Source: Candidatus Marinacidobacterales bacterium (GTDB taxonomy: Bacteria; Acidobacteriota; Vicinamibacteria; Marinacidobacterales; DATDRI01). From it: DNA of 64,000 nt. A program made the translations under genes and the position numbers. Position 1 is the stretch's first letter; the number at the start of each line of letters is the position of its first letter. Below the pieces are notes generated by a model, which had not been told where the DNA came from, searched no databases, and saw nothing but the letters and a program-made list of their open reading frames with translations. Of this stretch, positions 44,262 to 55,753 are shown in pieces. The stretch is taken from NCBI GenBank assembly GCA_965226495.1, contig OZ245365.1, positions 384,001 through 448,000 of the forward strand, given 5' to 3'.

Positions 44262-44888
44262 ATGCCAAACGGAATCATCGGTAAGAAGATCGGCATCACG
44301 CAGCGTTTTGCTGCGGATGGTTCGGTGATCCCGCTCACTGTGGTGCAAGCCGGCCCCTGTGTCGTCGTGCAACGGAAGACCAAGGAGCGAGACGGCTACG
44401 ATGCCATTCAACTTGGTCTGGTGGAACCGGGTCGGAAGCTTCATACGAACAAACCAATGGAAGGGCACTTCAAGAAGGCTTCGGTGGCGCCTGTGAAAGT
44501 GCTGCGTGAGTTTCGAGTCGCGCCGGATGAAGAGTTGAAAGTGGGGGAGTCGGTTAAGGCTACGATGTTCACTCCTGCCGAACGAGTGAATGTCAGTGGG
44601 GTGAGTAAAGGCAAAGGGTTCGCCGGCGTGATGAAGCGTCATCACTTTGCTGGAGGTCGCGCCTCACATGGATCGATGTTTCACCGCGCTCCCGGTTCCA
44701 TCGGCCAATCGTCCTATCCGTCCAAGGTGATGAAGGGAATGAGAGCCCCCGGACACATGGGGCAGGAGCGAGTCACCGTAAAAAACCTTCAAGTAGTGGA
44801 AGTCAGTGAGGAAGACAATTTGCTCTTGATCAAGGGTGCAGTACCCGGAGCCAATGGAACTTACCTCGAGATCGTCAAAGTAGGTTAA
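44262..44888 (+). CDS. rplC: 50S ribosomal protein L3
   Basis: [35 protein letters not shown]. Confidence 0.98.
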   Translation: MPNGIIGKKIGITQRFAADGSVIPLTVVQAGPCVVVQRKTKERDGYDAIQLGLVEPGRKLHTNKPMEGHFKKASVAPVKVLREFRVAPDEELKVGESVKATMFTPAERVNVSGVSKGKGFAGVMKRHHFAGGRASHGSMFHRAPGSIGQSSYPSKVMKGMRAPGHMGQERVTVKNLQVVEVSEEDNLLLIKGAVPGANGTYLEIVKVG

Positions 44889-44893
44889 CTCCC

Positions 44894-45520
44894 ATGCCGA
44901 CCGTACCGCTAATAGACATCGCCGGTAAGAACCGCAGCGAGCGGATTTTGAGTGACGTCGTTTTTGGCGTCAAGCCAAACCGCCATCTTCTATACGAAGC
45001 GGTGAAACAGTTTCGCGCCGGGCAGCGACGCGGTACGCACTCAACCAAGACTCGCGGGCTCGTTTCGGGTGGTGGAAAAAAACCTTGGCGGCAGAAGGGT
45101 ACCGGCCGCGCTCGGGTTGGCAGCAACCGGACGCCTATTTGGCGAGGCGGTGGAATCACTTTCGGTCCCCACCCTCGGGATTACTCGTTCAAGCTACCGG
45201 GAAAGGTTCAAAGAGGGGCGCTTCGCTCGGCTCTTTCGCTACGAGCCAGCCAAGGAGTGGTTCTGGTAATCAACGAGTTCGATCTCGAGAAACCCAGTGC
45301 CAAACGGCTACGTGCGCAGCTCGACGAGCTCGGAGCCACCAAGGGGACGTTGCTGGTCGATGTCAAACCGAACCGCGAGCTCCTGTTGTCGGCTAGAAAC
45401 CTGCCGGGAGTGGAAGTGCGGTCGGTGGCGGCTCTACATACTTATGAGGTTTTGGCGGCCCGACACGTTTTCCTCTCCGAGGACGCGGTCACCCACCTGG
45501 AACAGAGGCTCGGCTCATGA
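44894..45520 (+). CDS. rplD: 50S ribosomal protein L4
   Basis: TKTRGLVSGGGKKPWRQKGTGRAR, GGGITFGP. Confidence 0.98.
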   Translation: MPTVPLIDIAGKNRSERILSDVVFGVKPNRHLLYEAVKQFRAGQRRGTHSTKTRGLVSGGGKKPWRQKGTGRARVGSNRTPIWRGGGITFGPHPRDYSFKLPGKVQRGALRSALSLRASQGVVLVINEFDLEKPSAKRLRAQLDELGATKGTLLVDVKPNRELLLSARNLPGVEVRSVAALHTYEVLAARHVFLSEDAVTHLEQRLGS

Positions 45521-45807
45521 ACATGATGGACGTCATTCGGGGGCCCCTCATTACCGAGAAGGCGACCCGGCTCAAAGAAGATGGACGCACGCTTTGTTTC
45601 GAAGTCGCCACCGCGGCCAGCAAGTCCGAAATTCGCCTAGCAGTGGAAAAGTTGTTCAGTGTCAAGGTGGCCTCGGTTCGCACCGTCTCGATGCGTGGCA
45701 AGATGAAGCGCTACGGCCGATTCGAGGGGAAGCGTCCGGATTGGAAGAAAGCCTTCGTCACTCTCCGCAAGGGAGAGAAAATGATCGAGTTCTTCGAGGG
45801 GGTCTAA
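45517..45807 (+). CDS. rplW: 50S ribosomal protein L23
   Basis: PLITEK, K.EI..AVEKLF.VKV, WKKAFVTL. Confidence 0.98.
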   Translation: MNMMDVIRGPLITEKATRLKEDGRTLCFEVATAASKSEIRLAVEKLFSVKVASVRTVSMRGKMKRYGRFEGKRPDWKKAFVTLRKGEKMIEFFEGV

Positions 45808-45813
45808 CAAGCT

Positions 45814-46641
45814 ATGGGTGTGAAGAAGTTCAGCCCCACGTCGCCGGGACGGCGGTTCTTCACGGTTCAAACGTTCGAGGAGCTGACCACCGAGCGACCT
45901 CTCAAATCGTTGACCGAGTCCAAAAAAAGGACTGGTGGGCGCAACTCTGCCGGGCGGACGACGTCATGGTTTCGCGGGGGGGGCCACAAGCGTCGATACC
46001 GGGTCATCGATTTCAAGCGAGACAAAGAGGGAGTGCCGGCGAAAGTGGCGGCGATAGAGTATGACCCCAACCGGTCGGCCAGGATCGCGCGCTTACATTA
46101 TGCGGATGGGGAAAAGCGCTACATCTTGCAACCCACGGGACTGGAAGTCGGAGCGATGGTTGTTTCGAGTAGCACGGCCGATATTCTTCCCGGCAATTGC
46201 TTGCCCATCGAGTCCATTCCTCTGGGGACGATCATTCACAATGTGGAGCTCAAGCCGGGTAAGGGCGGACAGATGGCCCGCAGCGCGGGCGCCAGCGTGC
46301 AGCTGGTTGCGAAGGAAGGTGACTATGCCCACGTGAAACTTCCTTCCGGGGAGGTCCGAAGGGTTCATCGGCGCTGCCGGGCGACGATTGGGCAGGTGGG
46401 TAACCTCGATCACGAGAACATTACTTATGGCAAGGCGGGTCGCAGGCGTTGGCTGGGACGACGTCCACATAACCGCGGCGTGACCATGAATCCAGTGGAC
46501 CATCCCCATGGCGGAGGGGAAGGCCGGACGGCGGGAGGCCGACATCCCTCGACTCCTTGGGGAGTTCCGACCAAGGGCTATAAGACCCGTAACAACAAAC
46601 GCACGGACGATTTCATCATCCGTCGCCGTCGTCAAAAATGA
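45814..46641 (+). CDS. rplB: 50S ribosomal protein L2
   Basis: [36 protein letters not shown]. Confidence 0.99.
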   Translation: MGVKKFSPTSPGRRFFTVQTFEELTTERPLKSLTESKKRTGGRNSAGRTTSWFRGGGHKRRYRVIDFKRDKEGVPAKVAAIEYDPNRSARIARLHYADGEKRYILQPTGLEVGAMVVSSSTADILPGNCLPIESIPLGTIIHNVELKPGKGGQMARSAGASVQLVAKEGDYAHVKLPSGEVRRVHRRCRATIGQVGNLDHENITYGKAGRRRWLGRRPHNRGVTMNPVDHPHGGGEGRTAGGRHPSTPWGVPTKGYKTRNNKRTDDFIIRRRRQK

Positions 46642-46662
46642 ATTTGGTGTAGGAAAAACGCA

Positions 46663-46965
46663 ATGACTAGATCGTTAAAAAAAGGTGCTTTTGTTGACGA
46701 TAGCCTCATGAAGAAGCTCGACCACATGAACCAGCGGGGCGAGAAGAAAGTGATCAAGACCTGGTCACGTCGCTCGACCGTTACTCCGGACATGGTCGGC
46801 CACACGCTCGCCGTTCACAACGGGAAGAAGTTTATTCCGGTTTACTGCACCGAGAACATGGTGGGTCACAAACTGGGTGAGTTCTCGCCGACCAGAATCT
46901 TCCGCGGCCACACGACGAAGGCGGAGAAGGCGGCGCAGGTAGCTGCTGCCAGTAAGTCTAAATAA
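46663..46965 (+). CDS. rpsS: 30S ribosomal protein S19
   Basis: [30 protein letters not shown]. Confidence 0.99.
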   Translation: MTRSLKKGAFVDDSLMKKLDHMNQRGEKKVIKTWSRRSTVTPDMVGHTLAVHNGKKFIPVYCTENMVGHKLGEFSPTRIFRGHTTKAEKAAQVAAASKSK

Positions 46966-46983
46966 GGGAAGCTCGAGAGAGAG

Positions 46984-47361
46984 ATGATTCAAGCTAGAGC
47001 GACGGCCAGATTCGTTAGAGGATCGCCGCAGAAGGCGGGGTTGGTGGTCGATCTGATCCGCGGTAAACGGGCGGTCGACGCGCTGGCGATTCTCCAGCAC
47101 ACCAATAAAGCGGTTTGTAAATTAGTAGAGAAGGTTCTTCGCTCCGCCATTGCCAACGCGCAGCAGCAAGCTCTCGAAGAGGCCAAGCGTATCGACGAAG
47201 ATGATTTGGTGGTTGTCGCCGCTTATGCGAACCAGGGCCCCTCCTTCAAGAGGATTCGGCCCGCACCCATGGGTAGGGCATTTCGCATCATCCACCGGAC
47301 GACTCACCTCACCATCCAGGTGGCCGAAAAGGAAGGTACTGCGCAAGGGCAGCCAAGCTAG
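46984..47361 (+). CDS. rplV: 50S ribosomal protein L22
   Basis: SPQKA.LVVDLIRG, SAIANA, GP..KR..P...GRA. Confidence 0.98.
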   Translation: MIQARATARFVRGSPQKAGLVVDLIRGKRAVDALAILQHTNKAVCKLVEKVLRSAIANAQQQALEEAKRIDEDDLVVVAAYANQGPSFKRIRPAPMGRAFRIIHRTTHLTIQVAEKEGTAQGQPS

Positions 47362-47414
47362 GGAACGCCGCAAGGCCAAGCTAAGAGAGACCAAGACCAG
47401 CCAAGAGGAGACAA

Positions 47415-48449
47415 ATGGGACAGAAGGTTCATCCGTACGGATTCCGGCTCGGGTATAACAAGACCTGGCGTTCGCGTTGGTATGCGGAACGGGACTACGG
47501 GAAGTTGCTGCACGAGGACCTCAAGCTCAAAAGGGATCTCAAGAAGCGGTTCTCTCATGCGGGCATTTCGCGAGTGGAGATCGAGCGGGCCGCCAACAAG
47601 CTCAAGATCAATGTCCATACATCGCGGCCTGGGATCATCATTGGTCGAAAGGGAACCGAGGTCGACAAATTGAAGACCGACGTGCAGGCGAGAACCCAGC
47701 GCGAGGTCTACATCAACATCATCGAAGTACCGAAACCGGAGCTGGATGCACAGTTGGTAGCTGAGTCGATTGCACTACAGCTCGTGAAACGTATTGCCTT
47801 CCGACGTGCCATGCGAAAGGCGGTCGACTCTACGATGCGTTTCGGAGCCCGCGGCGTCAAGGTTCGTTGCTCGGGACGATTGAACGGCGCGGAAATTGCG
47901 CGGTCCGAGTGGTACCTGAACGGACAGTTGCCGCTTCACACGCTTCGCGCCGACATCGACTACGGATTTGCCGAGGCCTTTACGACCTACGGGCAGATCG
48001 GAGTCAAGTGCTGGATTTACAAGGGCGATGCGTTCCCAACCGGGCCCGCCTTCCGTGAGGGAGTGCCTGGTCGGCGCCCTCGCCCGGGTGAGCCATCTGC
48101 GCCGACTCAGAAGGTCGAGACTCCCAGGGCTGTTCAAGCTAGCCCAGCCGGCCCAGCCGGCCCAGCCGGCCCAGCCGGCCCAGCCGGCCCAGCCCAAGAC
48201 CTGCCCCGGCGACCGAACCGGCTAAGGCTAAACCAGCAAAACCGGCTGAGCCTACTCCTGCCCCTGCCGCTAAAGTTGCTAAGGAAGCGGTCGCGCCGGA
48301 AAAGGAAGCCGAGCCTGCTAGTGATGCCAAGCTTGCTAGTGACGCCAAGCCTGCTAGTGACGCCAAGCCTGATGATGATGCCAAGCCCCCTGATGGAAAA
48401 GTCGGAAAAGTCGAGTAATCCGACCAAACGGAGAACTGCCGTATGTTGA
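47415..48449 (+). CDS. rpsC: 30S ribosomal protein S3 with long C-terminal extension (tail probably frameshifted; alternative stop at 48418)
   Basis: [15 protein letters not shown] domain [32 protein letters not shown]. Confidence 0.97.
   Translation: MGQKVHPYGFRLGYNKTWRSRWYAERDYGKLLHEDLKLKRDLKKRFSHAGISRVEIERAANKLKINVHTSRPGIIIGRKGTEVDKLKTDVQARTQREVYINIIEVPKPELDAQLVAESIALQLVKRIAFRRAMRKAVDSTMRFGARGVKVRCSGRLNGAEIARSEWYLNGQLPLHTLRADIDYGFAEAFTTYGQIGVKCWIYKGDAFPTGPAFREGVPGRRPRPGEPSAPTQKVETPRAVQASPAGPAGPAGPAGPAGPAQDLPRRPNRLRLNQQNRLSLLLPLPLKLLRKRSRRKRKPSLLVMPSLLVTPSLLVTPSLMMMPSPLMEKSEKSSNPTKRRTAVC
48143..48194 (+). repeat. 9-bp tandem repeat (about 5.7 copies) in the rpsC tail
   Basis: cccagccgg repeated. 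Confidence 0.95.
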
Positions 48450-48868
48450 TGCCAAAGAAGGTTAAGTTCCGCAAACAACAGCGGGGACGCATGCGTGGCA
48501 AAGCCTGGCGGGGGCATACCGTTGCGTTCGGCGACTATGGTCTCAAGGCGCTCGAGCCGTGCTGGTTGACGGATCGGCAAATCGAAGCGGCTCGCGTGGC
48601 GATCACCAGGTTCATCAAGCGCAGCGGTCGTATTTGGATCCGGGTGTTTCCGGACAAGCCGGTTACCAAGAAGCCGCAGGAAACACGAATGGGTAAGGGT
48701 AAGGGCAGCCCCGAGTTTTGGGTGGCGGTAGTGCGACCCGGACGGATCCTTTACGAGATGGAGGGGGTCCCGGAGGACGTGGCTCGCGAAGCCATGAGAC
48801 TCGCTGGTCACAAGCTTCCCATTCGCACGAAGTTCACAGCCCGGTTCGAGGAGGAGTCCAAGCGGTGA
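48443..48868 (+). CDS. rplP: 50S ribosomal protein L16
   Basis: [31 protein letters not shown]. Confidence 0.99.
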   Translation: MLMPKKVKFRKQQRGRMRGKAWRGHTVAFGDYGLKALEPCWLTDRQIEAARVAITRFIKRSGRIWIRVFPDKPVTKKPQETRMGKGKGSPEFWVAVVRPGRILYEMEGVPEDVAREAMRLAGHKLPIRTKFTARFEEESKR

Positions 48869-49077
48869 AGGTGGAAAAATTTCGTGACCTCGGTGAAGAA
48901 GAGCTGGAGGCGAAGGAAGGAGATCTCCGCGAGGAGATTTTTCGCGCACGCATTCAAAAAGCGACCGGCCAGCTGGATCAGACCGGCAAGGTGCGAGCCC
49001 TGCGCAAGGATCTAGCCCGCGTGAAGACGCTCCTGGTTGAAAGGAAGCGTGTTCAGGTGGTTCAGGAGTCCAAGTGA
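48865..49077 (+). CDS. rpmC: 50S ribosomal protein L29
   Basis: [24 protein letters not shown]; GTG start overlaps the rplP stop. Confidence 0.96.
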   Translation: MKVEKFRDLGEEELEAKEGDLREEIFRARIQKATGQLDQTGKVRALRKDLARVKTLLVERKRVQVVQESK

Positions 49078-49111
49078 CTTATCGAAGCAATAGCTGAGAG
49101 AGAGTGTCCGG

Positions 49112-49408
49112 ATGCCCAAGGTAAGCAAAGTTGGTATGGTGACTAGCAACAAGATGGATAAAACCGTCGTGGTGGCGGTGGAGCGGTTGGTTCGGCACCA
49201 TCTGTACAAACGAGCCTTCAAGAAGACCTCTACCTTCATGGCGCACGATGAGGAGAACCGATGTCGCATCGGTGACCGCGTCCGTATCGTGGAGAGTCAT
49301 CCTCTTTCCAAGCGAAAGCGTTGGAGGGTGACCGAGGTCATCCGCAGCTCCCCGGTCTATGAAGAGCCCGTGGAAACGGGCAACCAAAAGGCCTCCGCCG
49401 AGGGTTAG
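49112..49408 (+). CDS. rpsQ: 30S ribosomal protein S17
   Basis: [26 protein letters not shown]. Confidence 0.98.
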   Translation: MPKVSKVGMVTSNKMDKTVVVAVERLVRHHLYKRAFKKTSTFMAHDEENRCRIGDRVRIVESHPLSKRKRWRVTEVIRSSPVYEEPVETGNQKASAEG

Positions 49409-49478
49409 CCCTGGGATGGCCAGGTAGTAGCCAGTTGATAGTCAAGCTAAGTAGACGAATGGAAAGTCGAGTCTAATC

Positions 49479-49847
49479 ATGATCCAGATGCAAACCGTCC
49501 TCGAAGTTGCCGACAACTCGGGGGCCAAACGGATCGCTTGTATCCTCCCTCTGGGAGGGAGTGTGGGTAGAGTGGCTCACTTGGGCGATGTTATTACCGC
49601 TTCGGTCAAGGAGGCGACGCCGGAGAGCGCCGTCAAGAAGGGCACGGTGGTCAAGGCGGTTATCGTCAGGACTCGCAAGGAGCATCGTCGCCGAGATGGT
49701 TCTTATATTCGCTTCGACAAGAACGCAGCGGTCTTGATTAACGATCAAGGCGAGCCAATTGGAACGCGTGTCTTCGGGCCGGTGGCACGTGAGCTCAGGG
49801 AAAAGAAATTCATGAAAATCATTTCGTTGGCGCCAGAGGTTTTGTAA
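49479..49847 (+). CDS. rplN: 50S ribosomal protein L14
   Basis: [26 protein letters not shown]. Confidence 0.99.
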   Translation: MIQMQTVLEVADNSGAKRIACILPLGGSVGRVAHLGDVITASVKEATPESAVKKGTVVKAVIVRTRKEHRRRDGSYIRFDKNAAVLINDQGEPIGTRVFGPVARELREKKFMKIISLAPEVL

Positions 49848-49849
49848 TC

Positions 49850-50179
49850 GTGTCAGTCGCACTTCGTATTAGAAAGAACGATCAGGTCGTGGTGATCGCG
49901 GGCCGGGACCGGGGAAAAAAAGGCAAGGTTCTTCGGATGCTCCCCTCGCGGAACCGTGCGATCGTCGAGCGCATTAACATGATGAAACGCCATACCCGTC
50001 CCAATCCCCAGCAGAACATCAAGGGTGGCATGGTCGAGCGGGAGGCCTCCATTGAGGTGAGTAATCTCATGATCGTCTGCAGTGAGTGTGATCGGCCAAC
50101 CCGGTCTCGTCACAAGCTCCTCAGCGATGGACGCAAGGTACGAGTCTGCCACCAGTGCGAAGGGGTGATAGACAAATGA
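49850..50179 (+). CDS. rplX: 50S ribosomal protein L24
   Basis: KOW motif D.V.VIAG.D.GK.G, KRH, EA.I..SN. Confidence 0.97.
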   Translation: MSVALRIRKNDQVVVIAGRDRGKKGKVLRMLPSRNRAIVERINMMKRHTRPNPQQNIKGGMVEREASIEVSNLMIVCSECDRPTRSRHKLLSDGRKVRVCHQCEGVIDK

Positions 50180-50721
50180 GCCGCCTCCAAGAGCACTACA
50201 AAAAGTCGGTGGTTTCCCAGCTAAAGAAGGAGCTCGGGATCGAGAACGTTATGGCCGTCCCGCGCATGGAAAAGGTCGTCGTCAATATGGGCGTCGGAGA
50301 GGGAGCCCAGAACATCAAGCTGCTCGAAGCTGCCATGGACGAGCTGGGTCGCATCACCGGTCAAAAGCCTGAGTTGAGGCGAGCCAAGAAATCGATCGCG
50401 TCCTTCAAGATTCGTGAGGGTAACCCGGTGGGAACCAGCGTGACGCTTCGCAGTCACCGGATGTACGAGTTCATGGATCGACTTTTCAACATTGCCCTTC
50501 CCAGAGTGCGCGACTTCCGGGGCGTGCCGGTTCGGTCCTTCGACGGTCGTGGCAACTTCACGCTGGGACTGAAGGAACAGCTAATCTTTCCGGAAATCGA
50601 TTACTCCCGTGTGGATCGGACACGGGGCATGAATGTGACTTTTTGCACTACCGCCGGAGATGACCAAAGTGCTCGCAGGCTGCTAGAGCTTATGGGTATG
50701 CCGTTTCGGCGACAAACGTAA
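50176..50721 (+). CDS. rplE: 50S ribosomal protein L5
   Basis: [34 protein letters not shown]. Confidence 0.98.
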   Translation: MSRLQEHYKKSVVSQLKKELGIENVMAVPRMEKVVVNMGVGEGAQNIKLLEAAMDELGRITGQKPELRRAKKSIASFKIREGNPVGTSVTLRSHRMYEFMDRLFNIALPRVRDFRGVPVRSFDGRGNFTLGLKEQLIFPEIDYSRVDRTRGMNVTFCTTAGDDQSARRLLELMGMPFRRQT

Positions 50722-50730
50722 TCGGGGGAA

Positions 50731-50922
50731 TTGAGCGTGGCGAAGAAATCATCAATAGCCAAGGCGCAGCGGACTCCTAAGTTCGCGGTGCGGCGTCATA
50801 GCCGTTGCCAGATCTGTGGGAGGGCACGTGCGTATCTACGAAAGTTCGCCATGTGTCGACTGTGCTTCCGCAAGCTCGCCTTGGAAGGGCAGATACCTGG
50901 CGTGATCAAGTCCAGCTGGTAG
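50731..50922 (+). CDS. rpsN: 30S ribosomal protein S14 (Zn-binding type Z)
   Basis: RCQICGR, CRLCFR, IPGV.KSSW. Start may be GTG 50737. Confidence 0.97.
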   Translation: MSVAKKSSIAKAQRTPKFAVRRHSRCQICGRARAYLRKFAMCRLCFRKLALEGQIPGVIKSSW

Positions 50923-50934
50923 GAGAAATTCAAT

Positions 50935-51330
50935 ATGATGACCGATCCGATTGCGGACATGCTGACCCGGATTCGTAATAGCCTGCGGGCACGTCAAGCT
51001 AAAGTCGACGTCCCGGGCTCCAAGCTCAAGCAGGAGCTCGCTAGGATTTTGAAGGAAGAAGGGTACATTCAGAATTACAAGTTTATGGAGAATCGACACC
51101 AAGGTGTGGTGCGGGTTTTCTTTCGCAAGGGCACCGGTGATGAAGAAGTGATTCAGGGGCTCGCGCGTGTCTCTAAGCCGGGCTGCCGGATTTATTGCAA
51201 CAAGGACGAAATCCCCAAGGTTCAAGGGGGGTTGGGTATCAACATCCTGTCCACGTCTCGCGGTCTCATGACCGGCAAGCAGGCGACGCGTGACGGTGTG
51301 GGCGGAGAAATTCTTTGCAACATATGGTGA
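50935..51330 (+). CDS. rpsH: 30S ribosomal protein S8
   Basis: [26 protein letters not shown]. Confidence 0.99.
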   Translation: MMTDPIADMLTRIRNSLRARQAKVDVPGSKLKQELARILKEEGYIQNYKFMENRHQGVVRVFFRKGTGDEEVIQGLARVSKPGCRIYCNKDEIPKVQGGLGINILSTSRGLMTGKQATRDGVGGEILCNIW

Positions 51331-51336
51331 TGTCTT

Positions 51337-51879
51337 ATGTCGCGTATCGGTCGTAAGCCCATTCCCATTCCCACCGGGGTAAAGGTGGCTCTCCACGAAG
51401 ATCGAGTCGAGGTGGAAGGGCCTAAGGGCAAGCTGGTTACCCGGCTGGCGAAGGGAGTGCGAATCGAACAGAGCGATGGGGAACTGCGCGCCGTTCCTGT
51501 CGAGGAATCGAAGGGCATTAGGCCGTTTTGGGGACTCACTCGCACTCTAGTGGCCAACGCCGTGCACGGCGTGACACAGGGTTTCTCGAAGGAGTTGGAC
51601 ATCGTGGGTATTGGTTACCGCGCGCAGGTGGAGGCCAAGAAGGTCTTGTTCAGTTTGGGCTACTCTCACCCCATCGAGTTCGAAATCCCTGCCGGCATCT
51701 CGGTCGACATCGAGAAACAAACCCGAATAACGGTGTCCGGTGTCGACAAGCAACAGGTCGGACAGGTCGCGGCCCGCATCCGCGACCTCCGGAAACCGGA
51801 TCCCTACAAGCAGAAGGGCATTCGCTATGTGGGCGAGGTACTCAAGAAGAAGGCGGGCAAGACGGGAGCCGCTACCTAG
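51337..51879 (+). CDS. rplF: 50S ribosomal protein L6
   Basis: [35 protein letters not shown]. Confidence 0.99.
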   Translation: MSRIGRKPIPIPTGVKVALHEDRVEVEGPKGKLVTRLAKGVRIEQSDGELRAVPVEESKGIRPFWGLTRTLVANAVHGVTQGFSKELDIVGIGYRAQVEAKKVLFSLGYSHPIEFEIPAGISVDIEKQTRITVSGVDKQQVGQVAARIRDLRKPDPYKQKGIRYVGEVLKKKAGKTGAAT

Positions 51880-51886
51880 GCTGCTC

Positions 51887-51913
51887 AGCCTACATAGCCT
51901 ACATAGCCTACAT
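51887..51913 (+). repeat. 9-bp tandem repeat (3 copies) in the rplF-rplR spacer
   Basis: agcctacat repeated three times. Confidence 0.93.
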
Positions 51914-51925
51914 AGGAAGAGTCTT

Positions 51926-52285
51926 ATGAAAGTTCGGACCAGAGAGCAGGCGCGACAGCGCATTAAGTATCGAATTCGTCGCAAGCTTTCCGGCACGGCG
52001 GAGCGGCCGCGCCTTTGCGTCTATCGAAGCCTGAAGCACATCTACGCGCAGGTCGTGGATGATGCGACGGGGCGAACTCTGGTGTCTGCCAGCAGCTTGG
52101 AGAAGGATTTCTCCGGCAAAGTGGGTCAGAACCAGCAGGCGGCCACAGAGATCGGAAAGCTCGTCGCGGAACGCAGTAAGGAAAAAGGAATCGAGCAAGT
52201 GGTGTTCGACCGCAACGGGTTCAGATATCACGGCAGGGTAAAGACATTGGCAGACGCAGCGCGCGAGGGCGGGCTTAAGTTCTAA
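51926..52285 (+). CDS. rplR: 50S ribosomal protein L18
   Basis: [33 protein letters not shown]. Confidence 0.98.
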   Translation: MKVRTREQARQRIKYRIRRKLSGTAERPRLCVYRSLKHIYAQVVDDATGRTLVSASSLEKDFSGKVGQNQQAATEIGKLVAERSKEKGIEQVVFDRNGFRYHGRVKTLADAAREGGLKF

Positions 52286-52314
52286 CCATTCTAGCTTTAG
52301 GGCTAAGGAGCTTC

Positions 52315-52824
52315 ATGCGATTACGACGGAAGATCGACTCGAGTTCGTTAGAGCTCAAGGACCAGGTTGTCAACATCAATCGAGTCACCAAGGTCGTCAA
52401 GGGTGGTAAGAACCTATCGTTCAGTGCCTTGGTCGTTGTCGGAGATGGAGCTGGGCACGTCGGTTTCGGCATGGGTAAGGCGAAGGAAGTTCCGTCCGCG
52501 ATTCGAAAAGGGATAGAGATCGCCAAGAAGAATCTCATTCGTGTACCGCTCTCCGGATCTACGATTCCACACCTGGTCATCGGGCGGTACGGCGCGGGCC
52601 GCGTGCTCCTAAAGCCGGCTCCCGAAGGTACGGGGGTGATCGCGGGCGGAGCAGTGCGTGCGGTAGTCGAGTCGGCGGGAATTAGGGACATTCTTACAAA
52701 GTCATTGGGAACGGCGAATCCTCACAACGTTGTGAAGGCGACGTTGCAAGGACTCATCGAGCTCCGAGACCCGGTAGTGGTCGCCCGCTTGAGGGGTAAG
52801 GAGCTTTCCGAGGTAACAGGATAG
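52315..52824 (+). CDS. rpsE: 30S ribosomal protein S5
   Basis: [27 protein letters not shown]. Confidence 0.99.
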   Translation: MRLRRKIDSSSLELKDQVVNINRVTKVVKGGKNLSFSALVVVGDGAGHVGFGMGKAKEVPSAIRKGIEIAKKNLIRVPLSGSTIPHLVIGRYGAGRVLLKPAPEGTGVIAGGAVRAVVESAGIRDILTKSLGTANPHNVVKATLQGLIELRDPVVVARLRGKELSEVTG

Positions 52825-52847
52825 GTGATGGCAGAGCCTGCCAGAAG

Positions 52848-53246
52848 ATGACGAAGAAGACAACGAAGGAGTCGCCGAGCAGCAACGCGGAGGTGCCCGC
52901 TAAGCCTGCTAAGCCTGCTAAAAAGGCTAAGCCTGCTAAGGAAAAGGCTGCTACAACTGCCAAGTCTGTCCCTGGCAGTAAAGTTGCCCCTGCTGCTAAA
53001 GCCGTTAAAGAGGTCAAGCCCACCGACGAAGCCGGCCCTGCGGTCTCGGCTAGGAAGACGGTGGCCGCTTCGGGGGTTTTCCAGATCAAGCTGGTGCGCA
53101 GTCTGATCGGTAGCTCCCCCCATCAGAGGGCGGTGGTCGCGGGATTGGGGCTTCGCCGCATCAACCAGATTGTGACACGACAAGACACGCGAGAGATTCG
53201 AGGAATGGTGGCCAAGGTGGCCCATCTAGTGAACGTTCTCGCCTGA
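52848..53246 (+). CDS. rpmD: 50S ribosomal protein L30 with ~75-aa Pro/Ala/Lys-rich N-terminal extension
   Basis: C-terminal IKLVRSLIG...[10 protein letters not shown]...DT..IRGMV.KV.HLV; lies between rpsE and rplO. Confidence 0.93.
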   Translation: MTKKTTKESPSSNAEVPAKPAKPAKKAKPAKEKAATTAKSVPGSKVAPAAKAVKEVKPTDEAGPAVSARKTVAASGVFQIKLVRSLIGSSPHQRAVVAGLGLRRINQIVTRQDTREIRGMVAKVAHLVNVLA

Positions 53247-53254
53247 GGTTCGAA

Positions 53255-53701
53255 ATGGGTTTGGAATCGCTGAAACCAGCTCGCGGAGCGGTGAAAAACA
53301 AAAAGAGGATTGGCCGTGGTCCCGGCTCCGGTTGGGGCAAGACGGCCGGCCGCGGCCACAAGGGCGCGAAGTCTCGCTCCGGCTACTCGAGACGCTACGG
53401 ATTCGAGGGAGGCCAGATGCCCCTTATCCGACGCCTCCCCAAGCGCGGTTTCGTCAACAACTTTGCCAAGGAGCTGGCTACGGTCAACGTTCGCGACCTG
53501 GAGCGATTCCCGGAAGGAACAGTCGTGACGCCTGAGCTTCTGCAGACCACCGGGCTCATCCGAAAGTTGGGCGATGGGCTCAAGGTATTGGGCGACGGTG
53601 AATTAAAGAAGAACCTCGTCGTTCAAGCTCATCGGTTCAGCGCCACTGCGATCGCCAAGATCGAAGCCGCCGGAGGTAGGGCGGAGGTTTTGCCTACGTG
53701 A
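53255..53701 (+). CDS. rplO: 50S ribosomal protein L15
   Basis: [41 protein letters not shown]. Confidence 0.99.
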   Translation: MGLESLKPARGAVKNKKRIGRGPGSGWGKTAGRGHKGAKSRSGYSRRYGFEGGQMPLIRRLPKRGFVNNFAKELATVNVRDLERFPEGTVVTPELLQTTGLIRKLGDGLKVLGDGELKKNLVVQAHRFSATAIAKIEAAGGRAEVLPT

Positions 53702-55083
53702 TTGAGAGCCTCAAGAACATCTTTCGCATCCCCGATTTGAGGAATCGGGTGTTGTTTACCTTGGCGATGCTAGCCGTTTATCGCCTCGGTAATCACGTGC
53801 CCACTCCCGGCGTCGATGCGAGGGCTCTCACGGATTTTTTCGAGCAGAACCGGGCCACTTGGTTCGGCTTCGTGGACATGTTCTCCGGAGGCAATCTTTC
53901 CAAGGTCACGGTGTTCGCCCTTGGGATCATGCCCTACATCAGTGCCTCGATCATCCTGCAGCTATTGACAGTGGTGTGGCCCTACTTGGAGAAACTCTCC
54001 AAGGAGGGTGAGTTGGGGCGAAGGAAAATAACTCAGTACACGCGGTACGGGACGGTCTTGTTGAGTGTGATCCAGTCGGCGGGCATCGCCGCCTTCCTGC
54101 AAAAGACGACGTTGACCGGAGGGATTACCTTGGTCAGCAATCCCGGCCTGGGCTTCACGCTCATGACGGTGTTGACGCTGACCGCAGGCACGGTGTTCAT
54201 CATGTGGCTGGGGGAGCAAATCACCGAACGCGGCGTCGGCAATGGAATGTCTTTGTTGATCTTTGCCGGGATCGTCGTGGGTTTTCCATCCGCCATAGTG
54301 ACCACCGTTCGCAACCTGCAGACCGGGCAGCAATCGATCCTCGTGGTGTTGCTCCTATCGGCTTTTATGGTCGTTGTGGTAGCAGCCATTGTTTTTGTAG
54401 AACGTGGGCAGCGGAGGATTCCCGTCCAATATGCCAAACGGGTCGTGGGAAGGAAGATGTATCAGGGGCAGTCGACGCACTTGCCGCTTCGCGTCAATAC
54501 CGGCGGAGTCATCCCGGTCATTTTCGCCAGCTCGATCATCGCTTTGCCGCAAACCTTTGCTTCGATGTTTCCGAGCAGTCCCTGGATGATAAATATCGCC
54601 CAGCAGCTGGCTTGGGGCATGCCGCTCTATACGCTCCTGTATGTTACGGCGATCATATTCTTTTGTTACTTTTACACCGCCATCATCTTCAACCCGAACG
54701 ACGTGGCCGATAACATGCGGAAATATGGCGGCTACATACCAGGAATAAGACCCGGGAAACGTACCGCGGAGTATATTGATTCGATCCTGACGCGACTGAC
54801 TCTAGGTGGCGCTATCTATTTGGCTGCGGTGGCCGTCTTGCCGGAGTTCTTGCTGGCAGGGTTCAAGGTCGCTCCCTTGCCCTTGATCGGGCCGTTTCTC
54901 GACTCGATTCTTCCGACTTTTGTGACGGAAGGACTGAACGTGACGTTCTATTTCGGGGGCACTTCGCTGCTCATCGTGGTGGGCGTCGCCATGGACACCG
55001 TTCAGCAGATAGAAAGTCAGCTGATCATGCGTCACTACGACGGCTTCATGAAGCGAGGGCGCGTCCGGGGAAGGCGGGGATAG
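53698..55083 (+). CDS. secY: Preprotein translocase subunit SecY
   Basis: [54 protein letters not shown]. Confidence 0.99.
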   Translation: MIESLKNIFRIPDLRNRVLFTLAMLAVYRLGNHVPTPGVDARALTDFFEQNRATWFGFVDMFSGGNLSKVTVFALGIMPYISASIILQLLTVVWPYLEKLSKEGELGRRKITQYTRYGTVLLSVIQSAGIAAFLQKTTLTGGITLVSNPGLGFTLMTVLTLTAGTVFIMWLGEQITERGVGNGMSLLIFAGIVVGFPSAIVTTVRNLQTGQQSILVVLLLSAFMVVVVAAIVFVERGQRRIPVQYAKRVVGRKMYQGQSTHLPLRVNTGGVIPVIFASSIIALPQTFASMFPSSPWMINIAQQLAWGMPLYTLLYVTAIIFFCYFYTAIIFNPNDVADNMRKYGGYIPGIRPGKRTAEYIDSILTRLTLGGAIYLAAVAVLPEFLLAGFKVAPLPLIGPFLDSILPTFVTEGLNVTFYFGGTSLLIVVGVAMDTVQQIESQLIMRHYDGFMKRGRVRGRRG

Positions 55084-55087
55084 GGCC

Positions 55088-55753
55088 ATGCTGCGGCTGA
55101 TCCTCTTGGGGCCCCCGGGTGCGGGCAAGGGAACGCAAGCGGAAAGACTTTCTGAAGAATTGAAGGTGCCCCGTATCTCGACCGGAGACATCCTGCGGCA
55201 GGCGGTTGCCGATGGGACGAGGCTCGGGCTCGAGGCGAAAAAGGTCATGGAGGCCGGTCAACTCGTGAGCGACGAAATCATGCTGGGCATTATCCGAGAG
55301 CGATTGGCCCAGTCCGACGCGGCGAGGGGTTACATTTTGGACGGTTATCCGCGAACGCTTCCGCAGGCACGCTCGCTCGACGAGCTTATGGGGGAACATC
55401 CAGATCCGGCGGTGGTGGTGGCTAACATCAGCGTGGATGACGAGGAACTGGTTCGGCGCATCTCCGGCCGCCGGAGTTGTCCGAACTGCAAGGCGGTTTT
55501 CAATGTACATCTACATCCTCCGCAGAAGCCAGACGTTTGCGATGCTTGTGGGCAGGGGCTGGTGCAACGAGCGGACGACGAAGAGGATACGGTGCCGGAG
55601 CGCCTGGCTGTCTACGATCGTCAGACCAGGCCTTTGTTGGACTATTACGGAGATCGTGTGGCGAACGTCGATGGCCAGGGCAATCCACAAACTGTGTTCG
55701 AACGGCTCTCCTCCGTATTGGGGCAGAAGACTGGGGAGCGTGGGAACCCATGA
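55088..55753 (+). CDS. adk: Adenylate kinase (Zn-binding LID)
   Basis: GPPGAGKGTQ, STGDILR, LDGYPRT, CPNC...CDAC. Confidence 0.98.
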   Translation: MLRLILLGPPGAGKGTQAERLSEELKVPRISTGDILRQAVADGTRLGLEAKKVMEAGQLVSDEIMLGIIRERLAQSDAARGYILDGYPRTLPQARSLDELMGEHPDPAVVVANISVDDEELVRRISGRRSCPNCKAVFNVHLHPPQKPDVCDACGQGLVQRADDEEDTVPERLAVYDRQTRPLLDYYGDRVANVDGQGNPQTVFERLSSVLGQKTGERGNP

